DNA from: Thermoanaerobaculia bacterium
GTDB lineage: Bacteria; Acidobacteriota; Thermoanaerobaculia; Multivoradales; UBA5704
Assembly: GCA_044226625.1 (NCBI GenBank)
Contig: JBGAGQ010000042.1
Location: 1 to 53,439 of the forward strand
DNA: 53,439 nucleotides
Reading direction: 5' to 3'
Part shown: in pieces, positions 40,368 to 49,805 of the stretch
Numbering within the stretch: the stretch's first letter is position 1
Layout of the letters: each line of letters starts with the position of its first letter
Translations under genes and position numbers: made by a program
The notes under the pieces: generated by a model
What the model saw: the letters and a program-made list of their open reading frames with translations, nothing else
The model's database searches: none
What the model was told of the DNA's origin: nothing

Positions 40368-40430
40368 CGTGCGTCAGGCCTGGTAGAGTCGGCGAGCCTC
40401 TTCTTTTCTCATGGAGCTCGATCCCCTGCC

Positions 40431-41780
40431 ATGGCGCAAGACCTGAACGCCGCACTGGAAACCTCCGCCGACGTCCTTCAACTGATCGCCAAGAAGACGC
40501 TCGATCCGGACGAGCGGGCGCGGGTGATCCGCGAGTCCGTGCAGTACTGGACCGACCACGTCAATCCCGGCTTCCTCCAGTACCGCAAGTCGGTCTCGAC
40601 CGACTACACCGCGGTCGAATGGGACGACGAGGGGGCTGTCTTCCGTGACATCCAGGGCAAGGAGTTCATCGATTGCCTCGGCGGCTTCGGCATCTACGTC
40701 GTCGGCCACCGGCACCCGAAGGTCCTCAAGGCCGTGCGCGACCAGCTCGACCGGCAGGCGATCCACTCCCAGGAGCTGATCGACCCGCTGCGCACCTATC
40801 TCGCCCATCTCGTCTCCCAGATCACGCCGGGCGACCTGCAATACGCCTTCTTCACCAACTCCGGCACCGAGTCGATCGAGGGGTGCCTCAAGATGGCGAT
40901 GCTCACCACCGGCCGGAAGCACTTCATCGGCATGGTGGGGGGCTTCCACGGCAAGACCCTCGGCAGCCTCGGCGGCACCTCGAAGGCCGTCTTCCGCGAG
41001 CCGTTCCTGCCCCTGCTCCATTGGTCGCACGTGCCGTTCGGCGATCTCGACGCGCTCGCCCAATTCATGAAGACGTGCGATTTCTCGGGCGACCGGATCG
41101 CCGGCGTGGTGATCGAGCCGATCCAGGGCGAGGGCGGAATCAACGTCTCGCCCCCCGGATTCCTCCCCGGCGCGCGCGAGCTGTGCGACCGCTACGGCGC
41201 GATGCTGATCCTCGACGAGGTCCAGTCCGGCATGGGGCGCACGGGGAAGATGTTCTGCTGCGAGCACGATGGAATCACCCCCGACCTGATCGCCCTCGGC
41301 AAGGGCTTCGGCGGCGGCGTGATGCCGATCGGAGCCTGCGTCGGCACCCCGAAGACCTGGGCGCGCTACATCGAAAACCCGTTCCTCCACACCACCACCT
41401 TCGGCGGCAATCCGGTCTGCTGCGCGGCGGCGATCGCGACGATCCATGTCCTGCTCGAAGAGGGCTTGATCGAGCAGGCGGCGGAGAAAGGGGACTACTT
41501 CCTCGGCCGCATGAACGAGCTGGCGGCGTCCCACCCCAAGGTCATGGTCTGCGGGCGCGGCCGCGGTCTGATGCTCGGCATGGAGTTCGTGAGCGACGAG
41601 ATCGGCTACGCCGTGGCGAAGAACCTCTTCGCCCGCCAGATCCTGATCTCCGGCACATACATCAACTCCCGCGTACTGCGCGTCGAGCCGCCGCTCGTCA
41701 TCTCGCGCGAGCAGATGGACCGGTTCCTCGGGGCGCTGGAGGATTCGATGGAGGCGGTGGCGCACGAGCACGGCCTATGA
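40431..41780 (+). CDS. patA: Putrescine aminotransferase (class III PLP)
   Basis: HVNPGFLQYRKSV, FIDCLGGFGI, FHGKTLG, EPIQGEGG, DEVQSGMGRTG, HTTTFGGNP. Confidence 0.9.
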   Translation: MAQDLNAALETSADVLQLIAKKTLDPDERARVIRESVQYWTDHVNPGFLQYRKSVSTDYTAVEWDDEGAVFRDIQGKEFIDCLGGFGIYVVGHRHPKVLKAVRDQLDRQAIHSQELIDPLRTYLAHLVSQITPGDLQYAFFTNSGTESIEGCLKMAMLTTGRKHFIGMVGGFHGKTLGSLGGTSKAVFREPFLPLLHWSHVPFGDLDALAQFMKTCDFSGDRIAGVVIEPIQGEGGINVSPPGFLPGARELCDRYGAMLILDEVQSGMGRTGKMFCCEHDGITPDLIALGKGFGGGVMPIGACVGTPKTWARYIENPFLHTTTFGGNPVCCAAAIATIHVLLEEGLIEQAAEKGDYFLGRMNELAASHPKVMVCGRGRGLMLGMEFVSDEIGYAVAKNLFARQILISGTYINSRVLRVEPPLVISREQMDRFLGALEDSMEAVAHEHGL

Positions 41781-42277
41781 AACCAGCCTCTGAGCCCTCG
41801 GCTCCGACGCTGATTCCCACTCGGTTTCGAGAGCCGATCTGGCGGGATCTCTCCTACCCGATCGGATCTACTCAACTGAGCGCAGAGCTCGCAGGCGTGC
41901 CGCAGTTCTCTATGCTCAGTGTGGCGTTCTCTGGAGTGCCCTACCAGTGGAGGGACAAGGGGTACCTGCACCAGTTGGCGCACCAACCGCGTCCGGTGCT
42001 CGAAGCCTTGTACTCGAACAAACGCGTCGGCTTTAGGACTAGCAATGACGACGTCGCCCGCGGAGCTTTCGGAGAAAAATGGGACCTGACCGTGTACGCC
42101 GTACCGAGCAGCCTCAAGGCCACGATCCGTGCCGCCCTCGGTGCCGAAGGTCTCGCGACCGTGCGCGATTGGCTCGCGAAACCGAGGTCCGAAACCTGGC
42201 GCGGAGACAGGCGCCACCAGCTCGAGATTCTGTATGACTTCGACGCTCGGGTGATGAGTTGCCAGGAGAATCGGTAA
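41777..42277 (+). CDS. Hypothetical protein
   Basis: ATGA overlap with the patA stop; 166-aa protein-like sequence MKPASEPSAP... Confidence 0.6.
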   Translation: MKPASEPSAPTLIPTRFREPIWRDLSYPIGSTQLSAELAGVPQFSMLSVAFSGVPYQWRDKGYLHQLAHQPRPVLEALYSNKRVGFRTSNDDVARGAFGEKWDLTVYAVPSSLKATIRAALGAEGLATVRDWLAKPRSETWRGDRRHQLEILYDFDARVMSCQENR

Positions 42278-42307
42278 GAGCACTTCGCAGACCTCGTGCG
42301 AACTCGA

Positions 42308-42697
42308 TCATGTGCTCGGCCGTTCGATAGCCGAAGTGTGAAGAAATTGACGAGCTTGCGTTTCTTGCCAGTCGGAATTGAGTTTGTTGGCTGCACGCCA
42401 CCTCCGAATCGTATCTTCGGTGAAATTCTTCTCATCCAGGATCGCTTGCTTCAGGAGGTGGCAGAATAGCTCGGTAAGCTTCCCATACACTTCTGCAACC
42501 TGGCGCTGTTTGCGAGCTTCACTGGTTTCCAGCTTATTGATCATTGACCGGGTCGTTCGTATTGCGAGCCAGACATCGGCGTTCGTTCTGCGGCGTAGTT
42601 CTCGTAACCTAATTCCTTGAACAGCGGCGACTAGAAGGCCCACCACGCTCGACGCCGTTCCAAGTATTGTCATGGCTGAAGCAGTGTCCATTTTCAC
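42308..42697 (-). CDS. Hypothetical protein with N-terminal TM helix
   Basis: 129-aa ORF, AGGAG RBS, A/T-richer codons. Confidence 0.65.
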   Translation of the reverse strand: MKMDTASAMTILGTASSVVGLLVAAVQGIRLRELRRRTNADVWLAIRTTRSMINKLETSEARKQRQVAEVYGKLTELFCHLLKQAILDEKNFTEDTIRRWRAANKLNSDWQETQARQFLHTSAIERPST

Positions 42698-42798
42698 AAG
42701 CTCCTAAATAGCGACCCGCTCCCGCTCACCCCCATTGATTGCACAAAGCACAATGAGAAGAGAGACATGGGCCAAGGAAGATACACGAGTATACTTGA

Positions 42799-43716
42799 GT
42801 GATGCCAAAGAAGATCGCCGGCTCCTTCATCAACCTTGTTCACGAGGCCACCCTTAAATCTTTCTGGCGCCGCAATGCGCTTTGGCGTTTCCTCAGACAA
42901 CAGGGGATAGCCGATTCATTCCTAGCCACCTGGGAAGAATCTGAGTCGAAACGTGACTTCCTCGACCGCCTCTTCATGAAGATTCCATCTGCTCCTGAAG
43001 GCCAGAGGCTTATTCTCGGGATGGCGCAGGATCTTGCGGCCCAGGACTCCTTTCCAGACTTGATGGGCTGGGAGGACAGCTCACAGCTCCTCCAGAACGC
43101 CCGCTCTGCGGTCGCAAATCTTAAGAGCGCCCTTGCGCGACTCAACAAGGAAGTTGTTCTGGAGCGCGACCGCCAGGAATCACAGGCTCGAGTTCAGAAG
43201 CTTTATGAAGAAAGCGCGCAATCACGTTCGAACCTTGACTCTCTTGGTGCCCGACTTGGAAAGCTAGCCACTTCACTAGGAACGCAGCAGGCAGGCTATG
43301 ACTTTCAAGATTGGTTTTACGATCTTGTGGCTCACTTTGAGGTGGTCTTCCGGCGACCCTACATCACCGCAGGCCGCCAGATCGATGGCTCCATTACCGT
43401 TTCCGGGACGACTTACCTTATCGAGACCAAGTTCACCAGGGATCAGGCAGCGGCCGAGGATATCGATTCCTTTTTCAAGAAGGTCACCGAAAAGGCCGAT
43501 AACACGATGGGTGTTATGGTTTCAATTTCTGGATACTCGGCAGTCGCCATAGCCGAGGCTTCAAAACCTAAGACGCCCCTCCTCCTACTTGATCATGGCC
43601 ACCTCTACCACGTACTTGGCGGAATTGCTACCCTTCCGGAGGTCATCGAACGAATTCGCCGCCATGCCTCCCAGACCAGCGAGTCCTACTTACCAGCCTC
43701 ATTGTTGAACTGTTAA
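42799..43716 (+). CDS. Mrr-like PD-(D/E)XK restriction endonuclease domain protein
   Basis: C-terminal GYDFQDW...RQIDG...LIETK...GVMVSISGY; A/T-richer composition; no adjacent methyltransferase. Confidence 0.75.
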   Translation: MMPKKIAGSFINLVHEATLKSFWRRNALWRFLRQQGIADSFLATWEESESKRDFLDRLFMKIPSAPEGQRLILGMAQDLAAQDSFPDLMGWEDSSQLLQNARSAVANLKSALARLNKEVVLERDRQESQARVQKLYEESAQSRSNLDSLGARLGKLATSLGTQQAGYDFQDWFYDLVAHFEVVFRRPYITAGRQIDGSITVSGTTYLIETKFTRDQAAAEDIDSFFKKVTEKADNTMGVMVSISGYSAVAIAEASKPKTPLLLLDHGHLYHVLGGIATLPEVIERIRRHASQTSESYLPASLLNC

Positions 43717-43835
43717 CAGTGTCCCTCCTCGAAAGGATATCGAGCTGCTAACTAAGCGGGCACCAATCGATGCCTTCAAGTTAGACCTACGCAAATTTAG
43801 ACCGCCCGACACTGACCCGAGACTCGGAATAGGGC

Positions 43836-44246
43836 TCAGCTATCCAACCAGTTCTCGACCCGAAGTTCCGGCACGCGGGAGAATTCTTCGACGTTCGCCG
43901 TGACCAGGATCAAATCGAGCGCCAGCGCATGGGCGGCGATCAGCAGATCGTTGGGGCCGATCGGCATTCCGCGCCGGTGGAGATCGAGCCGAATCTCGGC
44001 GTATCGACGATCGGCGGTCTTGTCCAAGGCGAAGACCTCCAACCTTTCCAAGAGGGCTTCGATCCGGTCCGAAAGCCGGAGTGAGCCCTTCTTGGCGGCG
44101 CCGAATCGAAGCTCGCAGGCGACGATGATGCTCGTGCAGACCTTGGCCTCCCCCACGAGAGCGATCTTTCGGGCTACCTGTCCCTCGGGATTCCGCAGCA
44201 GGTCCGACAGGACGTTGGTGTCGAGGAGATACCGAAAATCGGCCAT
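43836..44246 (-). CDS. vapC: VapC PIN toxin
   Basis: Start MADFRYLLDTN (ATG 44246); ELRFGA, IGPNDLLIAAHA, LVTANVEEF. Confidence 0.93.
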   Translation of the reverse strand: MADFRYLLDTNVLSDLLRNPEGQVARKIALVGEAKVCTSIIVACELRFGAAKKGSLRLSDRIEALLERLEVFALDKTADRRYAEIRLDLHRRGMPIGPNDLLIAAHALALDLILVTANVEEFSRVPELRVENWLDS

Positions 44247-44247
44247 C

Positions 44248-44484
44248 TCAGAGATTGACGTCTTCGAGAGGCTCGAGATCATCGATCTCAGGGAAGTCCT
44301 CGTTCAGAGGTTCCCAGCTCGACACCAGCTCGAGTAACGATCGACGGGGCATCGGTTCGACGACCAACCGATTGCCTTCCTTGCGAAGAATTGCCTCCTG
44401 GCCAGGAAGCTCGAGGTCGCGTGGGATGCGGATCGCCTGGTTCGTTCCGTTGCGAAAGAGGCGAACGACTCGATCGGGCTGCAT
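44248..44484 (-). CDS. vapB: VapB antitoxin (AbrB/SpoVT fold)
   Basis: LFRNGTNQAIRIPR, LRKEGNRLVVEP, acidic tail. Confidence 0.92.
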   Translation of the reverse strand: MQPDRVVRLFRNGTNQAIRIPRDLELPGQEAILRKEGNRLVVEPMPRRSLLELVSSWEPLNEDFPEIDDLEPLEDVNL

Positions 44485-44508
44485 GAGATCCTCCTACCGC
44501 AAATGCGG

Positions 44509-44525
44509 CCTATGCGACGCATAGG
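44509..44525. promoter_or_regulatory. Palindromic operator upstream of vapB
   Basis: CCTATGCG-A-CGCATAGG, next to a second palindrome CCGCA-AA-TGCGG (44497-44508). Confidence 0.6.
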
Positions 44526-44736
44526 TTAGCATGCCAGACTGAAAAACCTCGGACCTCTCCACCCGCGATCCGCACCCTCACCCTTGATTCGTAATAGGCG
44601 CAACTTTCACAGGAAGGCTCCGTACAACGCTCTCGTCCCGGCGCCGTGACCGGCGCCTAACCCACAAACCGCAAACTCGTCGCCGGAAGGCTCCCAAGCC
44701 TTCCCCGCGAGAGCCTTACCTTGAAGGAATCCGCCG

Positions 44737-46077
44737 ATGCGAATCGTCTCGTTCCGCTCCCTGTCTGCCCTCACGCTTTTGAGCGCCGCCCTGGCAGCTC
44801 CCGCCGTCGCGGCTCCTCCTCGTCAAGATTCGTTTTCCGTCACGAACGTCCGCGTATTCGACGGCCAACGAGCGATCCCCCACGCCACGGTCGTCGTGCG
44901 CGACGGGGAGATCGTCGCGGTCGGTCCCAACGTCCATGCCCCGCACGACCTGCCGGAGATCGACGGCACCGGCCAAACCCTGATGCCCGGCCTGATCGAT
45001 TCGCACGGCCATTCCCGCGACCGGAGCGAGCTCGAGCGCTCGGCCCAGTTCGGCGTCACGACCTTGATGGACATGTGGTCCGTTCCGCGTTACGTGGCGC
45101 GGATGAAGCGGGAGCAGCGCCAGGGCCGCGCGACGGATCGGGCGGACATGTTCAGCGCGATCAGCCCGGCGACCCTGCCCGAGGGATACCCGTACAACTT
45201 CACCCCGGACGAGGTCGAAGAGCCGACCCTTTCGAGCGCCGCCGAAGCCGACGCCTTCGTCGACGCGCGCTTCGCGGAAGGATCGGACTACCTCAAGCTG
45301 ATGATCGAGGACATGTCGGTCACTACGCCCTTCACCATCCCGACCCTCGACGGCGAAATGATTCGCGCGCTCACCCGCGCCACCCATCGTCATCGAAGCC
45401 TCGCCGTGGCCCACGTCACCAAGGGCGAGCTTGCCCAGCTCGCGGTCGACAATGGTATCGACGCCCTCGTCCACGTCTTCGTCGACGAGCCGATCAGCTC
45501 CTCCCTGGTCGCGAAGATCAAGCGCAAGGGGATCTTCGTCGTCCCGACTCTCGCGGTCGAGGAATCGTTCGTGGACGCGAGCGGCGGCGCCGAGCTGGCC
45601 GCCGATCCGGACCTCGCTCCGTATCTGACGGCGGACGAAATCGCCTACCTCCTCACCTCTCCGGGCCTGCTCACTCCCGACCAGCTGGTGAACGCAAAGG
45701 CAAACGTCGCCGCCTTGCGCGCCGCCGGGGTGCCTCTGCTCTCGGGCACCGACTCGCCGATCTACGGGGCCTTCCTCCATCGCGACCTGGAGCTGTTGAC
45801 CCTCGCCGGCCTTTCGCCGAAGGAAGCGCTGGTGGCCGCAACCTCGGCCGCGGCCGATTCCTATGGGCTCGACGACCGCGGTCGCATCGCGCCGGGGCTA
45901 CGCGCCGATCTGCTGCTGGTGGACGGCAACCCGCTCGAAGACATCAAGGCGACCCGGCGCATCCGGCACATCTGGAAAACCGGCGTCGAGGTCGAGCGCC
46001 CGCTGCCGTCGCTGTTCGGCGCGGCAAACCGCTCTGCCGCCTCGACCTTGAGCCCCGTCTGCGGACACGGGCACTGA
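44737..46077 (+). CDS. Secreted metal-dependent amidohydrolase
   Basis: Signal peptide; PGLIDSHGH, AVAH, LVH, SGTD, GRIAPGLRADLLLVDGNP. Confidence 0.9.
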   Translation: MRIVSFRSLSALTLLSAALAAPAVAAPPRQDSFSVTNVRVFDGQRAIPHATVVVRDGEIVAVGPNVHAPHDLPEIDGTGQTLMPGLIDSHGHSRDRSELERSAQFGVTTLMDMWSVPRYVARMKREQRQGRATDRADMFSAISPATLPEGYPYNFTPDEVEEPTLSSAAEADAFVDARFAEGSDYLKLMIEDMSVTTPFTIPTLDGEMIRALTRATHRHRSLAVAHVTKGELAQLAVDNGIDALVHVFVDEPISSSLVAKIKRKGIFVVPTLAVEESFVDASGGAELAADPDLAPYLTADEIAYLLTSPGLLTPDQLVNAKANVAALRAAGVPLLSGTDSPIYGAFLHRDLELLTLAGLSPKEALVAATSAAADSYGLDDRGRIAPGLRADLLLVDGNPLEDIKATRRIRHIWKTGVEVERPLPSLFGAANRSAASTLSPVCGHGH

Positions 46078-46252
46078 TGTAGAGCCAGAGGGCGCTCTTC
46101 CACCGCGCTCCGACGCAGCCGGAGAGCGCCCTGCCCTTCTTCCCTCCAAGTCCCTTCGACCTTCGCTGACCCTTTTCTGGACCGCGGGCGCCCACCGCCG
46201 GTGCGCCCCTTCCTTGCCATCTCGTCCGGGCTCGCCCGGAAAGGGAGGATCC

Positions 46253-47983
46253 ATGTCCCGTCCCATCTCCACGCTTCGGCGGCTCGGCATTTCCGGGCTC
46301 GCCTTGCTGCTCACCAACACGGTCTGCGCCCCGCCGTCGGCCCTCGCTCTCTCGCCGGCCGATCCGGCTCCTTCCGTCGAGGAAACGCTCCCGCCGCAGG
46401 ATCCAACTCCGGACCAGCCTCTCCCGACGGAGCCGGACCCCGCTCCCGAGGTCGTCAAGAGTCCCGAAGAGGAGGTGACTCCCACGCCCGAGCCTTCTCC
46501 CACGGCTGCCGACACCAGTTGCGCCTGGGGCTCGAACGGCGCGTGCAACCTCTGCGTCCCCAACGTGCCGGGCCAGTTCGCCGCGCTGCGCGATCACGGC
46601 GAACCGCTCGGCTTCAAGCACGACGGCCTAGAGCTCAACGTCGCCTATCCGAGCAGTAACCACATCGAAGGGATTCAGCGCCTCCCGATCGGCCAAGGGC
46701 GCACGGTCGTGATCGCGAAACGCGACGACCGGGCGGACGGCCAGATCGGCCTGGTGGTTACGATGGCTACCCGCAATGGCTCCGGCGTTCGGTTCCGCTC
46801 GAACCGGCTTTCGACCTCGATCGCCCAACCGGAAGACACGCCTCCGTCGGGATCCGATCGCGTCTCGGCGACGCTGCCGCCGCGCGACCACTACCGTCAT
46901 GCCGGCGGCATGCAGGCCGCGGGCAACGTCGTCGCGATCCCGATGGAAGAGGGTCCCGGTAACGGCAGGATCGCCCTCTACGACTTCAACATCGCAAACA
47001 CCACGCTGCCGTTCGCGTTCGTCGAAGGGACCACCCCGGCGGCGGGCACCGCTTCGCTCGCGAAGCTCACGCCGAGCCAGTGGGTCCTGCTCCTGGGGCA
47101 TGGCGACGCCAAGAAGCTGGAGGTCTTCAAGTCCTCCTCGGGCGACCTGCGCGCGCCCGGCAACGTCTGGACCCGTACCGAGATCTGGGAGGACTGGAAG
47201 GTCAACGTCTGGGATTCGTACCAGAACCTCAACTTCGTCACCGATTGCAACGATGGCCAGCTCTACCTGATCGGTACCGGCCTCGGCGTGCGGTGGGGCG
47301 CGATCGGAAGCGACTACGCCCACCTCTATCGCGCGTTCGCGGACGGCCCGCTCCGGCTCGAGCACGTCGCCGCCAAGCAGTTCTACTGCAGCAACGACGG
47401 CTCCCGGCAGTGCAACTTCGACGCGGGCTCGGGCGTGTTCGTCGGGGCCGACCGCAAGCTCGTGATCTACGCCACGGAGCACGCGGACGACGGACCGAGC
47501 GGCTCCGTCCGCCTGGTCGAGTTTCGCGGCACCTGGCCGAATTCGAACTGTGGCTCCTCGTTGAATGAAGCGTTTGTCGATTTCTATGACGATTCGGACT
47601 TCAGCGATCGGGGATTCATCTTCGACTACCTCGACCGCTTCGCCAAGAACTGGTCGAACTTCGGCCAGATCGACGCGTTCAACGACAAGGCCTCGGCCGT
47701 CCGCTGGTGCATCCCCCGGGGCAACCGGGTAAGGATCTACGCCGACTCGAACTACAAAGGAAGCTCCAAGGACCTCGTCGGTACGGGCCAGCTCCAGCAG
47801 GTCAACCTGTCGAGCTGGAGCTTCAACGACAAGACCTCGTCGGCGCAGTGGCTGGCGTACTGTCGAGCTGGAGCTTCAACGACAAGACCTCGTCGGCGCA
47901 GTGGCTGGCGTATTAACGACGAGTCTAAGGCGCCGCACGAAACGACCAGAGATCCCCCGCCCGGGATCAACGATCCCGGGTGA
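46253..47983 (+). CDS. Secreted protein with Pro-rich linker and C-terminal beta/gamma-crystallin-like domain
   Basis: ATG 46253 with GGAGG RBS; signal peptide; FNDKASAV, IYADSNYKG, FNDKTSS crystallin-like motifs; C-terminus extended by a 53-bp duplication. Confidence 0.75.
   Translation: MSRPISTLRRLGISGLALLLTNTVCAPPSALALSPADPAPSVEETLPPQDPTPDQPLPTEPDPAPEVVKSPEEEVTPTPEPSPTAADTSCAWGSNGACNLCVPNVPGQFAALRDHGEPLGFKHDGLELNVAYPSSNHIEGIQRLPIGQGRTVVIAKRDDRADGQIGLVVTMATRNGSGVRFRSNRLSTSIAQPEDTPPSGSDRVSATLPPRDHYRHAGGMQAAGNVVAIPMEEGPGNGRIALYDFNIANTTLPFAFVEGTTPAAGTASLAKLTPSQWVLLLGHGDAKKLEVFKSSSGDLRAPGNVWTRTEIWEDWKVNVWDSYQNLNFVTDCNDGQLYLIGTGLGVRWGAIGSDYAHLYRAFADGPLRLEHVAAKQFYCSNDGSRQCNFDAGSGVFVGADRKLVIYATEHADDGPSGSVRLVEFRGTWPNSNCGSSLNEAFVDFYDDSDFSDRGFIFDYLDRFAKNWSNFGQIDAFNDKASAVRWCIPRGNRVRIYADSNYKGSSKDLVGTGQLQQVNLSSWSFNDKTSSAQWLAYCRAGASTTRPRRRSGWRINDESKAPHETTRDPPPGINDPG
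47807..47912 (+). repeat. Perfect 53-bp tandem duplication
   Basis: CTGTCGAGCTGGAGCTTCAACGACAAGACCTCGTCGGCGCAGTGGCTGGCGTA at 47807-47859 and 47860-47912. Confidence 0.95.
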
Positions 47984-49479
47984 AGGATCAGTGGTCCCGC
48001 GCGAAGGAGCAGTGGTCCCGCGGGAAGGAGCAGTGATCCCGCGGGAAGGAGCAGTGATCCCGCGCGAAGGAGCAGTGATCCCGCGCGAAGGAGCAGTGGT
48101 CCCGCGCGAAGGAACAGTGATCCCGCGCGAAGGAACAGTGATCCCGCGCGAGGGAACAGTGATCCCGCGCGAAGGAACAGTGATCCCGCGCGAAGGAACG
48201 GTGATCCCGCGCGAAGGAGCGGTGATCCCGCACGAAGGAACAGTGATCCCGCGCGAAGGAACAGTGGTCCCGGGCGAAGGAGCAGTGATCCCGCACGAAG
48301 GAGCAGTGGTCGCGCGCGAAGGCTCGGCACCGGTCAATCCCTCGATCAGGGCCATCAGCTTCTCCGCCTCCGCGGTCGACTCGTCGGCCGGCAACAGCGT
48401 GCGCACCCGGTCCCAGTGCGCCCCGGAGAGCACGTCGCCTTGAGGCTCGTGGACCCGATCGAGCGCTTCCTTTCGCCGTGCACGGTAGCGCTCCCGCTTG
48501 CGGGTGGCGCTCGGGTGCGGAGCGAGCGGGAGGTCCTCCGCCGAGGCTTCGATCCGTCGTCCGATGCCGCGCGAGCGCTCCTCCCCCGCGGCCACTCCCG
48601 CCGGATCCAGGCGACCACCTGGGATTGGACGAAATCCGCCAGGGTTCGAACCGTGATCCACCCGCCCGGCCCGGGTGCCGCCCCGCCGCGGAGGCCGTCG
48701 AGGACGGCGGCGGTGAAGACGCCGTTCCTACGCTTCGGGTCGTCGTAGGCGAAACCGCCGAGCGTAGCGCCCGACAGGACCACCAGTCCGCGCGCGCTGG
48801 CGATCGCTTCGGCGAAGCCCTTACCCATCGCTGCGCCCGTCCCGTCGCAGCGCGCCCGGAAGACCTGTTCCCGGCAGGCGTCGAGCAGCACGAGGCCACG
48901 CCCGGCGCGCGATGCCTCTTCGAACACCTCGGAGACGGCGACCCCGGTGCGCAGCTTACGATCGGCCAGCGAATCCGCCGCGACGAGAAAGTCGCCACCT
49001 GCATCCGTCACCCCATGGGTCGCAACCGACAGAAGCGCGAGGCCGCCCGCCGCTCGGACGCTCTCGACCGCCTCGGAGACATGGCGGTAGACGTCGCGCT
49101 GCCGCGCGGTCGAGAGGAGCGCACCGCTCTCGCGCAGGGCCAGGAGCCGCCGCGCGCTCTCTTCCTTCTTCGGCTCGCCGGAAAGCAGCAGGACGGTCCG
49201 CTCGGGGGCGATGAGCGAAAGCTCGAGAACGAACAGGTGGGCGAGATCGACCGCGTCGTCGACCGCGAAAGGGACCTCGGCGATCCGTTCGTCTTCGAAG
49301 GCCGACACCCCGACGAACAGCCCCGCCGAGGCTCTCGGATCGAATCCGATCGAACCGCGAGAATCGAGCCCTTTTCCGAGCGTGCGCTCCGCCAACGAAC
49401 CTCCCTGTTTTGTCGCGAATTCCGAGGGGAAGTTTATCGGTGTTTGCGCGGCAACGGCGTCGACGCCAGCCCCAAGCAC
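47876..49479 (-). pseudogene. Caspase-like (peptidase C14) gene, frameshifted and running into the 21-bp repeat
   Basis: GLFVGVSAF, ATHG and LLDACR dyad, NGVFTAAVLDGL; protein-like sequence continues in another frame after ~48585. Confidence 0.7.
47970..48322. repeat. 21-bp tandem repeat, about 17 copies
   Basis: Consensus GTG(A/G)TCCCGCGCGAAGGA(A/G)CA with exact 21-bp period from 47991 to 48306 and degenerate flanks. Confidence 0.97.
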
Positions 49480-49491
49480 CGGCGAAATCTC

Positions 49492-49526
49492 TTGACGCTG
49501 TTCGACCGAGGCATCATGATGCCTTC
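49492..49526 (+). promoter_or_regulatory. Promoter with overlapping 16-bp palindromic operator; leaderless TA transcript
   Basis: TTGACG (49492-49497), 17 bp, CATGAT (49515-49520); perfect palindrome AGGCATCATGATGCCT (49509-49524); ATG at 49527, no SD. Confidence 0.7.
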
Positions 49527-49805
49527 ATGAGGACAACCCTGACACTCGACGACGATCTTGCCCAGGAGCTCCACGAAGCTTCCCGCAAGAGCGGCGAGAG
49601 CTTTAAGTCGGTTGTCAATTCCGCGCTGCGCCGGGGACTGCGGATCGTGGACAAGCCGGCCTCGCCTCTTCCGCGATTTGAAGTTAAGGCGAGCGATCGC
49701 GGCTTCCAGCCAGGAATCGACGTTTTCCGCCTCAACCAACTCAATGACGACCAGGAGATTGAGGATTTTCGGCGCGAACTGGCGGAAGCGACGGCGAAGA
49801 AATGA
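49527..49805 (+). CDS. vapB: RHH-type VapB antitoxin
   Basis: MRTTLTLDDDLA...SFKSVVNSALRRGL; ATGA overlap with the toxin. Confidence 0.88.
   Translation: MRTTLTLDDDLAQELHEASRKSGESFKSVVNSALRRGLRIVDKPASPLPRFEVKASDRGFQPGIDVFRLNQLNDDQEIEDFRRELAEATAKK

Noticed and set aside
47970-48322. CRISPR array or real repeat-protein ORFs (e.g. 47901..48443, 47752..48330)
   Set aside because: Head-to-tail 21-mers without spacers; the ORFs arise because the unit lacks stop codons and they have no RBS support.
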